A DNA stretch of 64,000 nt, taken from a virus. The stretch covers positions 11,050-75,049 of IMG/VR virus record IMGVR_UViG_3300034092_003233; one strand, 5' to 3'. Each line of letters starts with the position of its first letter. Within the stretch, counting starts at the first letter, position 1. The notes under the pieces are model-generated. The model was not told where the DNA came from. It ran no database searches and saw only the letters and a list, made by a program, of their open reading frames with translations. Shown here piece by piece: positions 38,339 through 48,321 of the stretch. A program made the translations under genes and the position numbers.

Positions 38339-39189
38339 TATTGACTTTCCTTTTTATAGAAGTTCACTAACATTTCAATTGTAGTATCAATATTAAGTTT
38401 TTGCTTGAAGCCATAAGATACCAACTTTGCAGTGTCAAGATACGAATGTCGTACCTGAACAATATCATGAAAAGTTGTTGGTTCGATGTGTATTATTTTT
38501 GATGTCGAACCAGAATACTCAATGGCTTTGTTTATCATATCCAAAAATTTGTATGGTTTACCACTTCCAATATTTATTATTTGATTTGGTGGTGATTTAT
38601 CAATACACAATTTAATAGCAGAGCAAACATCCTCCACATGAATATAATCTCGCAAAACTTCTCCACCATAGTAAAGAGGAACATCTCTATTATTAACAAT
38701 TTCTCTGATTAAAAATTGAAGAGCATTTTTCTTCTTGGAGATCTTCTTATCTCCTTCTCCTATAACATTGGCTAATCTCAGTATTCTGTACTTTATATTA
38801 TGAGTTTGACAGAAAGAAATTAATAATTGCTCGGCACAATATTTTGTAATGGAATAGAATCCAGAGGGATTACATTTAGAATAATCTTCTCGGAATGGCA
38901 TTTCATAGTTCTTACCGTAAACAAACCAAGAACTTATGAAATTAAAAGTAGTATCACTGTTTTTTGGCAGAGTTTCTAATACATTCATAAGAACTGTTAG
39001 ATTGGTATCAATATCAATGTGAAGATCAGTATGCACATTGTAATTGTCTACCGTACTTATAAAGTACAAAACATTATTTGTTTTTGTTTTATAATCATTT
39101 CTGTCTATTCGCACAACAGAATCTGAATATAGTTCACAAAATTTAGATCCTATGAATCCCGTAGAACCAAAAACAGATATATCATTCAT
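38338..39189 (-). CDS. NAD-dependent sugar epimerase/reductase
   Basis: GSTGFIG, SSWFVYG, YSITK, RDYIHVED. Confidence 0.82.
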   Translation of the reverse strand: MNDISVFGSTGFIGSKFCELYSDSVVRIDRNDYKTKTNNVLYFISTVDNYNVHTDLHIDIDTNLTVLMNVLETLPKNSDTTFNFISSWFVYGKNYEMPFREDYSKCNPSGFYSITKYCAEQLLISFCQTHNIKYRILRLANVIGEGDKKISKKKNALQFLIREIVNNRDVPLYYGGEVLRDYIHVEDVCSAIKLCIDKSPPNQIINIGSGKPYKFLDMINKAIEYSGSTSKIIHIEPTTFHDIVQVRHSYLDTAKLVSYGFKQKLNIDTTIEMLVNFYKKESQ

Positions 39190-39958
39190 CTAATATAACC
39201 TTTTCAAATTTTGCTATATTGTGCTTATTGTTTTTAATAAACATTTCATATGGATACTGCTGAATATCTGAAACTATTTTCTTAATTGGAAACGGACACA
39301 TAAGAGTAGGATATCCGTCAATATCATTTTTTTCATACAACAATTCTATTAATTTTCTATTGAAAAGAGGCTTATTATCTTCGTGTGTTTCTATTTTTTC
39401 ATTTTTTAAATTATATGCAGCAATATTATAGATTCCACCGACCATCAATTTTGGTATAGAATAACCAATCTTAGTCATATGTCTCCAATGCATATCTGCA
39501 TCCTCTTCACCAAATCCACAAAGTCGTTCATCAAAATAACCAATTTTATGCAAAACAGACTTGGTACACACAAAATGGGAAAACCCATGATTGATGGTAA
39601 AAAATTCTTGTTTAGTAGTGTTGATGTGATTTACAATTTCATTGTATATGTTAGGATTTGCCCATGCAACATCATCACATACGATAAAATTATATTCGGT
39701 TTTACTAAAAATAACCAAATTGTTCCAAAGTTTGCTTAGTCCTTTAAACTCTGGACAAAATATAGGATAAATGTTTTTATATTGTTTTGCCAAATCTAAC
39801 ATTTCAACTCTGTAACTATCTGGCATTTCTTCTTCATTATTACCATTTATAGCCAATAAAATATCAACAGTTTCTGGAACTGTTAATCGGATTCTTCGAA
39901 TTAATTCTGATACTAATTCTTTTCTTTGTCTAAATGTAACTATTCCTATACTGAACAT
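39182..39958 (-). CDS. GT2-family glycosyltransferase
   Basis: LSKLWN, CDD, IGYFDER...GEEDAD. Confidence 0.75.
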   Translation of the reverse strand: MFSIGIVTFRQRKELVSELIRRIRLTVPETVDILLAINGNNEEEMPDSYRVEMLDLAKQYKNIYPIFCPEFKGLSKLWNNLVIFSKTEYNFIVCDDVAWANPNIYNEIVNHINTTKQEFFTINHGFSHFVCTKSVLHKIGYFDERLCGFGEEDADMHWRHMTKIGYSIPKLMVGGIYNIAAYNLKNEKIETHEDNKPLFNRKLIELLYEKNDIDGYPTLMCPFPIKKIVSDIQQYPYEMFIKNNKHNIAKFEKVILDE

Positions 39959-39968
39959 ATATCACTCC

Positions 39969-40661
39969 TCAAAGATATTTACTAAAATGATTATTTAAAA
40001 TTTTAACTCTATTGTTATTAGACACACCAGTAAGATGTGCTAGAAAACATTTTTCATTCCAAGGAGCATAAAGATTTCGGCGATCAGTCCAACAAGTCGT
40101 ATCCATGATTTGTGCTGGAACAGAATTTAGAAAATTATGTTCCAATATTTTTATTACACTATTTGGAGAAGAACCACGATGTATGGCATTCAATGCATCT
40201 TGTTCGGTTGGAAATCGTTTTGCAGAATTATAAAATACACTCAAAAATGCATCTGTGTGCTGCGTCCGTTGTATGATAAAGTTTCCAGTACTAAATGACC
40301 ACTTACCAATCCAATCATATGAAGCATAGAATGTATTATATTCATCCAATTGGAATGTTTCTATAGAATAAGTATCATCAGTTATAATAGAATCTGCATC
40401 GATCCACATAACTATATCATAATATTCCAACATTTCAAATGTACGAACTGCGCGCAAAAATCCAAGATCGACATCCTTGAACCCATATTTTTTATCGGTT
40501 CCAAAAGTTCGCAGAGTCATCAAATCGTAACCATGTTTCTTTGCGTAGCGTTGTTTAGATGGTAAAGTTAATTCAAAAACTTCACTCATAGTGTTATCTG
40601 TTTCTTCTGGATGCCGAATAATTTCCGATGAACCAGTTAATATCAATACTCGTTTATTCAT
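39969..40661 (-). CDS. GT-A glycosyltransferase (GT34/MNN10-like)
   Basis: YAKKHGYD, WIDADS, EQDAL, FLAHLTG. Confidence 0.72.
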   Translation of the reverse strand: MNKRVLILTGSSEIIRHPEETDNTMSEVFELTLPSKQRYAKKHGYDLMTLRTFGTDKKYGFKDVDLGFLRAVRTFEMLEYYDIVMWIDADSIITDDTYSIETFQLDEYNTFYASYDWIGKWSFSTGNFIIQRTQHTDAFLSVFYNSAKRFPTEQDALNAIHRGSSPNSVIKILEHNFLNSVPAQIMDTTCWTDRRNLYAPWNEKCFLAHLTGVSNNNRVKILNNHFSKYL

Positions 40662-40662
40662 A

Positions 40663-41973
40663 TTATATTCCTGCAAAAAAGTTTGTAGTAATTTGTTCAA
40701 TATAGTCTAACTGTTCATCAGTAATTACTGGACTAGTTCCCAAAAAGAAAGTATCAGTTGTAACTTTTCTTGCATTTGGAAAATTCTTGATTACATCATC
40801 CTGATTCATAATACCAGCATAAGCAGGTTGTAACATGACATTACCGGCAAAGTATGGTCTAGTTTGAATCTTATTATCTTCAAAGTAATTTACAATATCC
40901 TTACGCTTAAATGGCGCACCATCCTTGATGGTCAAAGCAAAGGCAAACCAACTTGGATTTGCATGTTCTGTTGCTTTTGGAAGAACAAAGAACTCTTCAT
41001 ACTTAGCAAAGATATCACTTAGTCTCTTGTGATTATGATTTCTCTTTTGTGTGATTGTTGGTAACTTCTTTAATTGAGCAAGACCCATAGCAGCCTGTAA
41101 TTCAATTGGCTTTAGATTAAATCCAATCTCATCATAGACATACTTGTGATCAAATACTTCATCAGGCAAAGAAGGAAGCCAATTAGAGAATCGTGTCTTA
41201 CACATACCATTCTTTAACATATTGGCTTTCTTACCAACACAATAACAACCTCTTCCCCACTCACGGAAACTTCGAACTACGATCTCTTGCTGTTGTGTAT
41301 TACAAGCAACGAATCCACCCTCACCCATAGTAATATGATGGGCTGGATAGAAAGAACAACTTGCAAAGTCACCAAAAGATCCTAGTGGTTTACCGTTATA
41401 AGTAGAATCTAATGCATCACAGCAATCCTCAAGGAATACTAAACCATACTGATTGACAATATCCATGAGTCTATTCATGTTTGGTGGATTACCCAAGACA
41501 TGAGCAAAAGTAATTATCTTGCAACCTTCTTTTGCTTTTTGCTCTACTTGATCTAAATTAAGATTGAGAGTGTCGATATCAATATCAACAAACTCAGGAA
41601 CAAATCCTACTTGGAAAATAGGATTGATTGTGGTGGGAAATCCAGCAATAGGAGTTATTACCTTTGTTCCCTTTTGGAAGTTTGTCAGTCTCTTGGATGT
41701 AAGAGCAGACATCATAAGCAGATTAGAACTGCTTCCGCTATTAGTCAGAATACCAAAATCCTTCCCAACATATTTTGGGAATTGATGTTCAAAACGAATA
41801 CCGTTTTCTCCCAATACAAGCCATCCATTTAGCAAGGCTCGTATTGCTTCAACATATTCTTCTGTACCAAAGTAAGGACCAGCATACTGAACAACATCTT
41901 GTCCAGCGATCCACTTCTTTGATTCGTTCTTTTTTGTTATGAATTCTTCTACTGCTTTTAAAATTTCTTCCAT
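40663..41973 (-). CDS. rfbH: NDP-4-keto-6-deoxyglucose 3-dehydratase E1 (RfbH/DdhC/AscC-like)
   Basis: NSGSSSNL, EDCCDAL, SFYPAHHITMGEGG (His in place of the Schiff-base Lys), WGRGCYC...C Fe-S segment, DHKYVY. Confidence 0.88.
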   Translation of the reverse strand: MEEILKAVEEFITKKNESKKWIAGQDVVQYAGPYFGTEEYVEAIRALLNGWLVLGENGIRFEHQFPKYVGKDFGILTNSGSSSNLLMMSALTSKRLTNFQKGTKVITPIAGFPTTINPIFQVGFVPEFVDIDIDTLNLNLDQVEQKAKEGCKIITFAHVLGNPPNMNRLMDIVNQYGLVFLEDCCDALDSTYNGKPLGSFGDFASCSFYPAHHITMGEGGFVACNTQQQEIVVRSFREWGRGCYCVGKKANMLKNGMCKTRFSNWLPSLPDEVFDHKYVYDEIGFNLKPIELQAAMGLAQLKKLPTITQKRNHNHKRLSDIFAKYEEFFVLPKATEHANPSWFAFALTIKDGAPFKRKDIVNYFEDNKIQTRPYFAGNVMLQPAYAGIMNQDDVIKNFPNARKVTTDTFFLGTSPVITDEQLDYIEQITTNFFAGI

Positions 41974-41975
41974 AA

Positions 41976-42812
41976 TTAATGAATACCCATTCCCCAATCA
42001 TTCAAGTTTGGAATGTTATATTTTTGAACATTTTCTTTTATAGATTTATACTTAAAACTCTCTTCTACATTATGATTTTCATAAACATTATATGGAACTT
42101 TCAATGGAAAATCAAACAATTTAACATCCCAATTAAAATTATTTACAGAATAATCGTATTCTTTTGCCTGTATAGTTTTAACTCCAAACTTAAGTTGAGC
42201 AACATAATCAGTGACTTTCCAATAGTATTGTTTAACTGCAACTGTTTTTTTGTCTAACCATTGTATGTGTGCAACAAATAACATTGGCTGGTTTATTTTA
42301 ATGGCTTTTCCGGGATGTGGTAAATGTTCGGAATGTCGTTGTGCATCTTTGAATGCGGTTCTAGAAGAATAAGAACCAATTCTATCGGCTATATGATCTC
42401 TCCACTTTCCATCTACTCGTATCTTATTGTAATCTGTATACTGTATCCAATCCATATAAATTAAAGTATCTTTATATGTTTCTAAAATTTGTTCTAATTG
42501 TTCTTTAGTCAGATTACCATCAAGATATTCATCTGTATCTAAGCAAATAATTTTACCAGAGTGTTTAAATGCTTCATCATATAATAGTTGCCTATTATTA
42601 GATTCTATGGCACATTTATTTTCTATATGTGTATCTGTTCGTAAGACATTCAAAATATTGAATTTATCTTTATTTTCTAACAAATATTCATATGTGCCAT
42701 CAGTTGAACTGTCATCCATGAAAATAAAAGCATCGGCATATTTTTTCCAATGAGGAAGCATTTCCTTTAAGATAAACAATTCATTTTTCGTAAGTGTGAT
42801 TTGTATTATCAT
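41976..42812 (-). CDS. GT2-like glycosyltransferase
   Basis: KNE, DDSSTDGT, CLDTDE. Confidence 0.75.
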   Translation of the reverse strand: MIIQITLTKNELFILKEMLPHWKKYADAFIFMDDSSTDGTYEYLLENKDKFNILNVLRTDTHIENKCAIESNNRQLLYDEAFKHSGKIICLDTDEYLDGNLTKEQLEQILETYKDTLIYMDWIQYTDYNKIRVDGKWRDHIADRIGSYSSRTAFKDAQRHSEHLPHPGKAIKINQPMLFVAHIQWLDKKTVAVKQYYWKVTDYVAQLKFGVKTIQAKEYDYSVNNFNWDVKLFDFPLKVPYNVYENHNVEESFKYKSIKENVQKYNIPNLNDWGMGIH

Positions 42813-43513
42813 TTTTGTGTTATTATTGGAAATCCAGAAGACTTTCGATTCATATACATCTGTTTGTCATAATTAGAACCTATTTGCATATTTCTTGCCA
42901 TTAAACTATCTTGATTTTCAAACCACTTGTGAATAATTGGTCTTCTCTTTATGTGCTTCAGAACTCCTAGTGATTCAAAAACTTCAGTCTGTTCGTTATC
43001 ACACCATTCTGATTTGTAGTCTGGATGATACACATATCCAAATAAATTATACAATGTCCTTCCAATAATAGGAAGAGTAATTAAAGTTTTATATCCTTCT
43101 GGACCTTTAGGATCAAGCCGAGGATCTGTGTCGTAATTTAAACTACCTTTTAAGTCGGGAAAAAAAGAAAACATATCATTGACAATGATATCATCCCAAT
43201 TGGTTTCAACTGGTTCCATGTCATCTGCCGTAGAAATCAAAATATCCCAAGAACTATCGGGAATATCTCTATTTATGGCATGGATCTTTCCTTTACTTTC
43301 ACCATAAAAATAAATAACAGTTACATTGTTTGTATTTTTAGATTCTAGGAATTGACGAATATGTTCATTGTTCAATAGCACATCATCAGTATCCATGCTA
43401 ATGATTACTGTTATTTTATGTTTACCAGAAGCCTTATTTAAATAAGAATTCAAATTTGACATAAATTTTTCAGGTCGTTGTCTTGTCGGGTATTTTAATA
43501 AAATGTGTTTCAT
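42809..43513 (-). CDS. GT-A glycosyltransferase
   Basis: PTRQRP, KIHAINRD, ADDM, WCDNE. Confidence 0.72.
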   Translation of the reverse strand: MKHILLKYPTRQRPEKFMSNLNSYLNKASGKHKITVIISMDTDDVLLNNEHIRQFLESKNTNNVTVIYFYGESKGKIHAINRDIPDSSWDILISTADDMEPVETNWDDIIVNDMFSFFPDLKGSLNYDTDPRLDPKGPEGYKTLITLPIIGRTLYNLFGYVYHPDYKSEWCDNEQTEVFESLGVLKHIKRRPIIHKWFENQDSLMARNMQIGSNYDKQMYMNRKSSGFPIITQK

Positions 43514-43523
43514 AGTAAAAATC

Positions 43524-44192
43524 TCACAATACAAAAATCATATTTTCCCATCTATTTTCTATTAATCTATAACCTAATTTTGTGAATTTATCAAATAATA
43601 GATGATGCATGTTATCATTCTCTACGCAGATTATTTTGCAGTTATAGTCTCTTGGATTAAACCAATCCTGAAGTGTCAATTTTGCAGAATATCCTTCTAC
43701 ATCTATATTGATAAAATCAAATGTAGGACCAAATTTATTAAGAAGTTCTTTCATTCCTATATGCCCAATATAAACCTTTCTTGGATTTACTGGATCACCT
43801 TCTGAGTTAAATTCTTTATTGTTTTCAATTCCTCTCTGTGTCCAACTCTGAATAGTAGAAGAAACAGAACTCATAGGAGAATCATAAAATTCCAACATTC
43901 TTTGATCTGTTAATTCTTCTTCTAATACTACGGCTAGATTAACTAATTCTGCTCTCCTCGGTATCATCTTATACATATCACATAATTTGTAAAAACAATA
44001 AGAAGAAGGTTCTACAAATACTCCACTCCAATTATTAAATTGTAACATAATTTGGCGAACATTACTAAATGTTTCTCCATCATACGCGCCAATATCTAAC
44101 AATTTTCCAGAAGTCATATTATTATCTAAAATGTATTTTATAATTACATCTTGTTCATTATTTTGTGAATAATTTTTAATCATATAAGTCAT
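43524..44192 (-). CDS. FkbM-family SAM methyltransferase
   Basis: YSQNNEQ, LDIGAYDG, VEP, NIDVEG. Confidence 0.82.
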   Translation of the reverse strand: MTYMIKNYSQNNEQDVIIKYILDNNMTSGKLLDIGAYDGETFSNVRQIMLQFNNWSGVFVEPSSYCFYKLCDMYKMIPRRAELVNLAVVLEEELTDQRMLEFYDSPMSSVSSTIQSWTQRGIENNKEFNSEGDPVNPRKVYIGHIGMKELLNKFGPTFDFINIDVEGYSAKLTLQDWFNPRDYNCKIICVENDNMHHLLFDKFTKLGYRLIENRWENMIFVL

Positions 44193-44200
44193 CTTTCATT

Positions 44201-44914
44201 TCATTTCATTTCATGACTATCCACCAGATTACGATCTGGCAAATAACCATCAAATTCATAAATATCGTTTTTGGCATTTACATGTATCTGCTGTCCGACA
44301 AAATAAACACCACCATTATTAACTCCACGATGAGTTCCGGGTGGAAATGGTTTTTTAGAAAAAAATGGATCATGTTCAATATAAGTTAATTTATCATTTT
44401 TTATTTTATGAGTTAAATATGCAGACATAAAATTCTGGTCTTGTGTTTTTTCTAAAGATGGATTATATCGTTTAATTGCATTAAACATTTCACCTTTAAA
44501 TTTATCACATTTAAGCCCAAACATTCCTGCTTGTATAAACCAAGCATGGTATGGATGATCTCGCATTATATGAATATCTGCGTCAGATGCAATCCAATCA
44601 TCTACTGCTAATTTTTCTCTAAAAGAAACTCTAGAGTCAGCATCTCTAAAAATTGCTCGCTGCACATCTATAAAGTCAACAGCCAAAAATCTATTCATTG
44701 CTGATCTATTATCACCAATAGATTCTATCTGTTTCACATTAGTATTTTTTCTGCTTTTAAGTTCTTCTATTACTTCAGCGGGAACACAAGAATTACAGAA
44801 ATAATAACATATCCATCCCGGATATACATCTAATGCCAAATCTGCATTATTTATTGCTCCTCTTGTATAGAGAGGATTGTTGCCCCATAAACTAAAAGAA
44901 ATCACATTTTTCAT
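44201..44914 (-). CDS. Putative glycosyltransferase
   Basis: ISFSLWG...RFL...RDADSR...HIMRDHPYH...DQNFM family pattern. Confidence 0.6.
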   Translation of the reverse strand: MKNVISFSLWGNNPLYTRGAINNADLALDVYPGWICYYFCNSCVPAEVIEELKSRKNTNVKQIESIGDNRSAMNRFLAVDFIDVQRAIFRDADSRVSFREKLAVDDWIASDADIHIMRDHPYHAWFIQAGMFGLKCDKFKGEMFNAIKRYNPSLEKTQDQNFMSAYLTHKIKNDKLTYIEHDPFFSKKPFPPGTHRGVNNGGVYFVGQQIHVNAKNDIYEFDGYLPDRNLVDSHEMK

Positions 44915-44916
44915 TT

Positions 44917-45519
44917 TTATTTTTTCATAAATTGTATCGATTCAGATGTTCTGTCATCATATCGATACAAGTGTAGTATTTTATTTATGTGTGTTTCTGA
45001 TTTTACTTTAGGATACATCAACAGACACCAAGCAAAATCTTCACCATAAGAAGATGCTTCAAGTTTTGCTTGTTTTGCTATATCTGATTTCCAAAAACAC
45101 ATATGAAAAGGTGGTCGTTTTACATGAGTCATTCCCGGAACATATCTTTCGTTTGGATTGCTCATGTTAAAATTAACTATAAATTGATTGCCGTTTACTA
45201 TGCAATGTTGATCAAAACTTATAACATCGGCTGGCTTTTCTTTTATATTATTGATAATAGTTGACATGTAATCATCAGTAATATCATCGTCATCATCCAT
45301 AAAAGCAATCCATTTGCCTCTAGCAGAGTCTAATAGTGATTGTCTTTTTTCACCAATAGTCATACTTTTATTATCAATAAGACAAAGAATTTCAACCTCT
45401 GGATAGTTTTTTGTTTGCTCTAACATTTTATTGTATAGAGGTATTAGATATTTTTCAATTCTAGATGGTATTGAAAGTATAAGTATACTAACCAAAACGC
45501 TGTCTTTATTAGTTGGCAT
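44917..45519 (-). CDS. GT2-family glycosyltransferase
   Basis: TIGEKRQ, ARGKWIAFMDDDD, YGEDFAW. Confidence 0.8.
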   Translation of the reverse strand: MPTNKDSVLVSILILSIPSRIEKYLIPLYNKMLEQTKNYPEVEILCLIDNKSMTIGEKRQSLLDSARGKWIAFMDDDDDITDDYMSTIINNIKEKPADVISFDQHCIVNGNQFIVNFNMSNPNERYVPGMTHVKRPPFHMCFWKSDIAKQAKLEASSYGEDFAWCLLMYPKVKSETHINKILHLYRYDDRTSESIQFMKK

Positions 45520-46366
45520 ATTTTATTTCTCCTGCTGCTTTAATAATTCTATCTACAAAATTTACACAATATTGTTTTGCCTTTTCAAAATTGTAATTAA
45601 CTTTTTCCAAATTTTCTTGGTAATAATTTTCACTGTATTGAGTTGTTAATATCCGCTGTGGATTGATCCAGTAACTAGTATCAAAGAAGTCAGAAATATT
45701 TGGACATCCCCAATAAATTGGAATGGTCTTTGTTATTAGACAATCTATAAGTTTCTCAGAAAAATAATTTGGCTCACTAGAACTTTCAACCACTACCGAA
45801 TACATTGAATTAAACAAATGGATTTTGTTGTCATTGGGCAATAATTGTTCACCCGGAATTGGAAATCTAGTTGATGAATAGAAGTTCAATTTTGCTGGAA
45901 TATTCTTACGATGATTCCATATTGTATGTCTAACGCTATAACCCAGTTTACCAGATAGTGCGCCACAAATCATACTAACAGAATTTTCTTTTGGAAGATC
46001 ACCAAGTTCTTCTGTAAAGGTTCCAAGAGAATCTGGATGGTGGTTGGATTTGTTCAACCAAGTAGTTCCATATGCAAGAAACACTGCATTAGGGCAGTTT
46101 TCTAGAATTTTTGGATTAGATGTTACTATTTTTGTATAGTGATGCTGATTTGCAATCACATGATCGGCTTGTTCAACCCATGCTGATGTGCTAGGCTCAT
46201 TAACATTTACAAAAATCTTATGTTTTGCATCAGAATAAAAAACAACATCTCCACCGGGTCTAGAGTTTTTACCAAACCTAGTAAAGTGAATTTCACATGA
46301 TTCTTTTAAGTCTGGTATTTGATTAGGAGCAAAAAGATAATCTGCATTAATTATTAATGGCTTCAT
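45509..46366 (-). CDS. GT10 (alpha-1,3-fucosyltransferase)-like glycosyltransferase
   Basis: VVESSSEPNYFSEKLIDCLITKTIPIYWG. Confidence 0.75.
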   Translation of the reverse strand: MKPLIINADYLFAPNQIPDLKESCEIHFTRFGKNSRPGGDVVFYSDAKHKIFVNVNEPSTSAWVEQADHVIANQHHYTKIVTSNPKILENCPNAVFLAYGTTWLNKSNHHPDSLGTFTEELGDLPKENSVSMICGALSGKLGYSVRHTIWNHRKNIPAKLNFYSSTRFPIPGEQLLPNDNKIHLFNSMYSVVVESSSEPNYFSEKLIDCLITKTIPIYWGCPNISDFFDTSYWINPQRILTTQYSENYYQENLEKVNYNFEKAKQYCVNFVDRIIKAAGEIKYAN

Positions 46367-47216
46367 TTGTTTTTCTCCATAAAGTATCATCAGCCATTTC
46401 TAGATTAATAACACGATTTAGATTATCATGAATTGCTTCTAGTTTAGAATGATAAAGGTCTAGTGTCAAACTATTAATATCAAAATTTGAATCTAAAACA
46501 ATAATACCATCCATGTTAAACAACGCACCAATAGCAGGATTACCAAGATAAATTGGAATTGTACCTGTTGCAAAACAGTCTGTTAATTTTTCTGTATAGT
46601 AGCCATCATAAAAATCATTTTCAACAACTACATGAAACATATAATCCTTCAAACCAAACATTTTGCTTTTCCATGGCTGTGTTAAATCTGTATCAGGAAG
46701 CCGCGGCGAATCACATGCTCCACCAAACAAATCTAGTTTATCTTTGAATTGTTTTGCATAACCATGACGAATCATGTGTCCCTTTGTGTGCTTTTTGGGA
46801 GATGCAATCATACTCACCATTTTTGTTTTCTTGTAGATTCCGTATTCTGATTCGGGAATCCAAGGAAGATTGCTGCCGGCTGGACAATATTCAAATACTC
46901 TAGAAATGGAAACAAGATTCTTGTCAGAAACAAAAATCTTCTTAAATCTTAGTTCTAATTTGTCATAGTTCCAAGCCAAAAATTGAGATAGATTATTTAC
47001 AATAGATCTGGATTCGCACACCCAACCATATAGATTATCTAATCCCTCTGGAAGTTGATCATGCTGTAATATAGTATTATCAATTAACAACAAATGATCT
47101 ATTTTGCCATAACTTGGCAACTTCCATTCAAAATTTTTAGGTTTTCGGTTTGAACAAGATGAAGTCTCCGGATCAAACGGAAACCCATATGCATATAAAA
47201 AGTTTTGTTGTTTCAT
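46347..47216 (-). CDS. GT10-like glycosyltransferase (second copy)
   Basis: YMFHVVVENDFYDGYYTEKLTDCFATGTIPIYLG. Confidence 0.78.
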   Translation of the reverse strand: MKQQNFLYAYGFPFDPETSSCSNRKPKNFEWKLPSYGKIDHLLLIDNTILQHDQLPEGLDNLYGWVCESRSIVNNLSQFLAWNYDKLELRFKKIFVSDKNLVSISRVFEYCPAGSNLPWIPESEYGIYKKTKMVSMIASPKKHTKGHMIRHGYAKQFKDKLDLFGGACDSPRLPDTDLTQPWKSKMFGLKDYMFHVVVENDFYDGYYTEKLTDCFATGTIPIYLGNPAIGALFNMDGIIVLDSNFDINSLTLDLYHSKLEAIHDNLNRVINLEMADDTLWRKTNEAINN

Positions 47217-47218
47217 GA

Positions 47219-47959
47219 TTAATAATTAAGCACCCAAGATTTTTTAAAGATACCTGATATGTATTCGTAATCTTTGTGTTGATTCACACCATCGAATTTT
47301 CGAGGATACATTATCAAGTTTTTTGTTGTATTCAACACATCAATAAGATAGCACAAAGATGTCTCAACTGTATGAATTTCTTTTGCATTTTCTAAAAGCC
47401 AACAATAGTCAAATATGTGCCTTGACTTTGTGTCGTTTTTTATAACTCGTAAATTTGTGTTTACTTCAAAATTCGTTTCTTTCACTTGAAATAAGCCACG
47501 AAAAAATGTATTAACAAATACAAAAGGCTCATCCTCTTCCAAACCAAACTCTTTTCTTAAATCGGTTTCTCTTTGTGGGTTTCTAGTAAACTTAAGATAT
47601 GATTGCCAATTTGTTCCAGAATTGCCAATCAATTGATATTTTGTTCTCATTGCATGTCGCCAATCCCAACCAAAATGTCCATGAGAGTTTCCAAAAGGCA
47701 AATACAAAATGGTGTCAGTTTCATCTTTATGAATTCGAACATCTGCTGTGTGTTTTTTATACAGATGCTTGAATGGAAATTCAGAGTTAACATCATAAAA
47801 CTCTATATTATATTCTTTAATATATTCACTCAAGTAAAGATACTCAGGAATAACAGGCCATATTATCTTGTAACCTTTGTCATGAAATAAACTAACTGCT
47901 TTTTGCAGATAAAGCATACTACCTATGCCGGTAGATTGATCAAGCAAAACATATTTCAT
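47219..47959 (-). CDS. Putative GT-B glycosyltransferase-like protein
   Basis: QSTGIG...WPV...LENAKEIHTVETS pattern inside the glycan cluster. Confidence 0.5.
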   Translation of the reverse strand: MKYVLLDQSTGIGSMLYLQKAVSLFHDKGYKIIWPVIPEYLYLSEYIKEYNIEFYDVNSEFPFKHLYKKHTADVRIHKDETDTILYLPFGNSHGHFGWDWRHAMRTKYQLIGNSGTNWQSYLKFTRNPQRETDLRKEFGLEEDEPFVFVNTFFRGLFQVKETNFEVNTNLRVIKNDTKSRHIFDYCWLLENAKEIHTVETSLCYLIDVLNTTKNLIMYPRKFDGVNQHKDYEYISGIFKKSWVLNY

Positions 47960-48321
47960 AAATGTTCTTTTTCATCAATAATCAGAGACTGTGTTTCTTT
48001 GTTTATCTTTTGCTTATACGAAAACCGTAAGTCATTGAGTTTAAATATTTTTCTACAACATTCAATAAATTTCTCATCAAATTTATTTAACTTTTCAAAC
48101 TCTCTTACTTGATTTTCAAGATTCCACAACTCGTTATTGACTGAAAGCAAATCCGTTATAAATTCATTTAAAGTTGAAAACTTTTTAACATGTTTTTGTA
48201 AAAGTTCTAATTCTTCAGAAACATTTTTTCTCTTTTCATTGTCTTTGATGTTTTTCATCTTGACAAGAAGAATAGTATACCGATCTAGCAATTCACCATT
48301 GGAAATAGAAATGCAATTCAT
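47956..48321 (-). CDS. DUF6165-like protein
   Basis: ISNGELLDRYTIL...LWNLE...NDLRF..K..IN. Confidence 0.65.
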   Translation of the reverse strand: MNCISISNGELLDRYTILLVKMKNIKDNEKRKNVSEELELLQKHVKKFSTLNEFITDLLSVNNELWNLENQVREFEKLNKFDEKFIECCRKIFKLNDLRFSYKQKINKETQSLIIDEKEHL

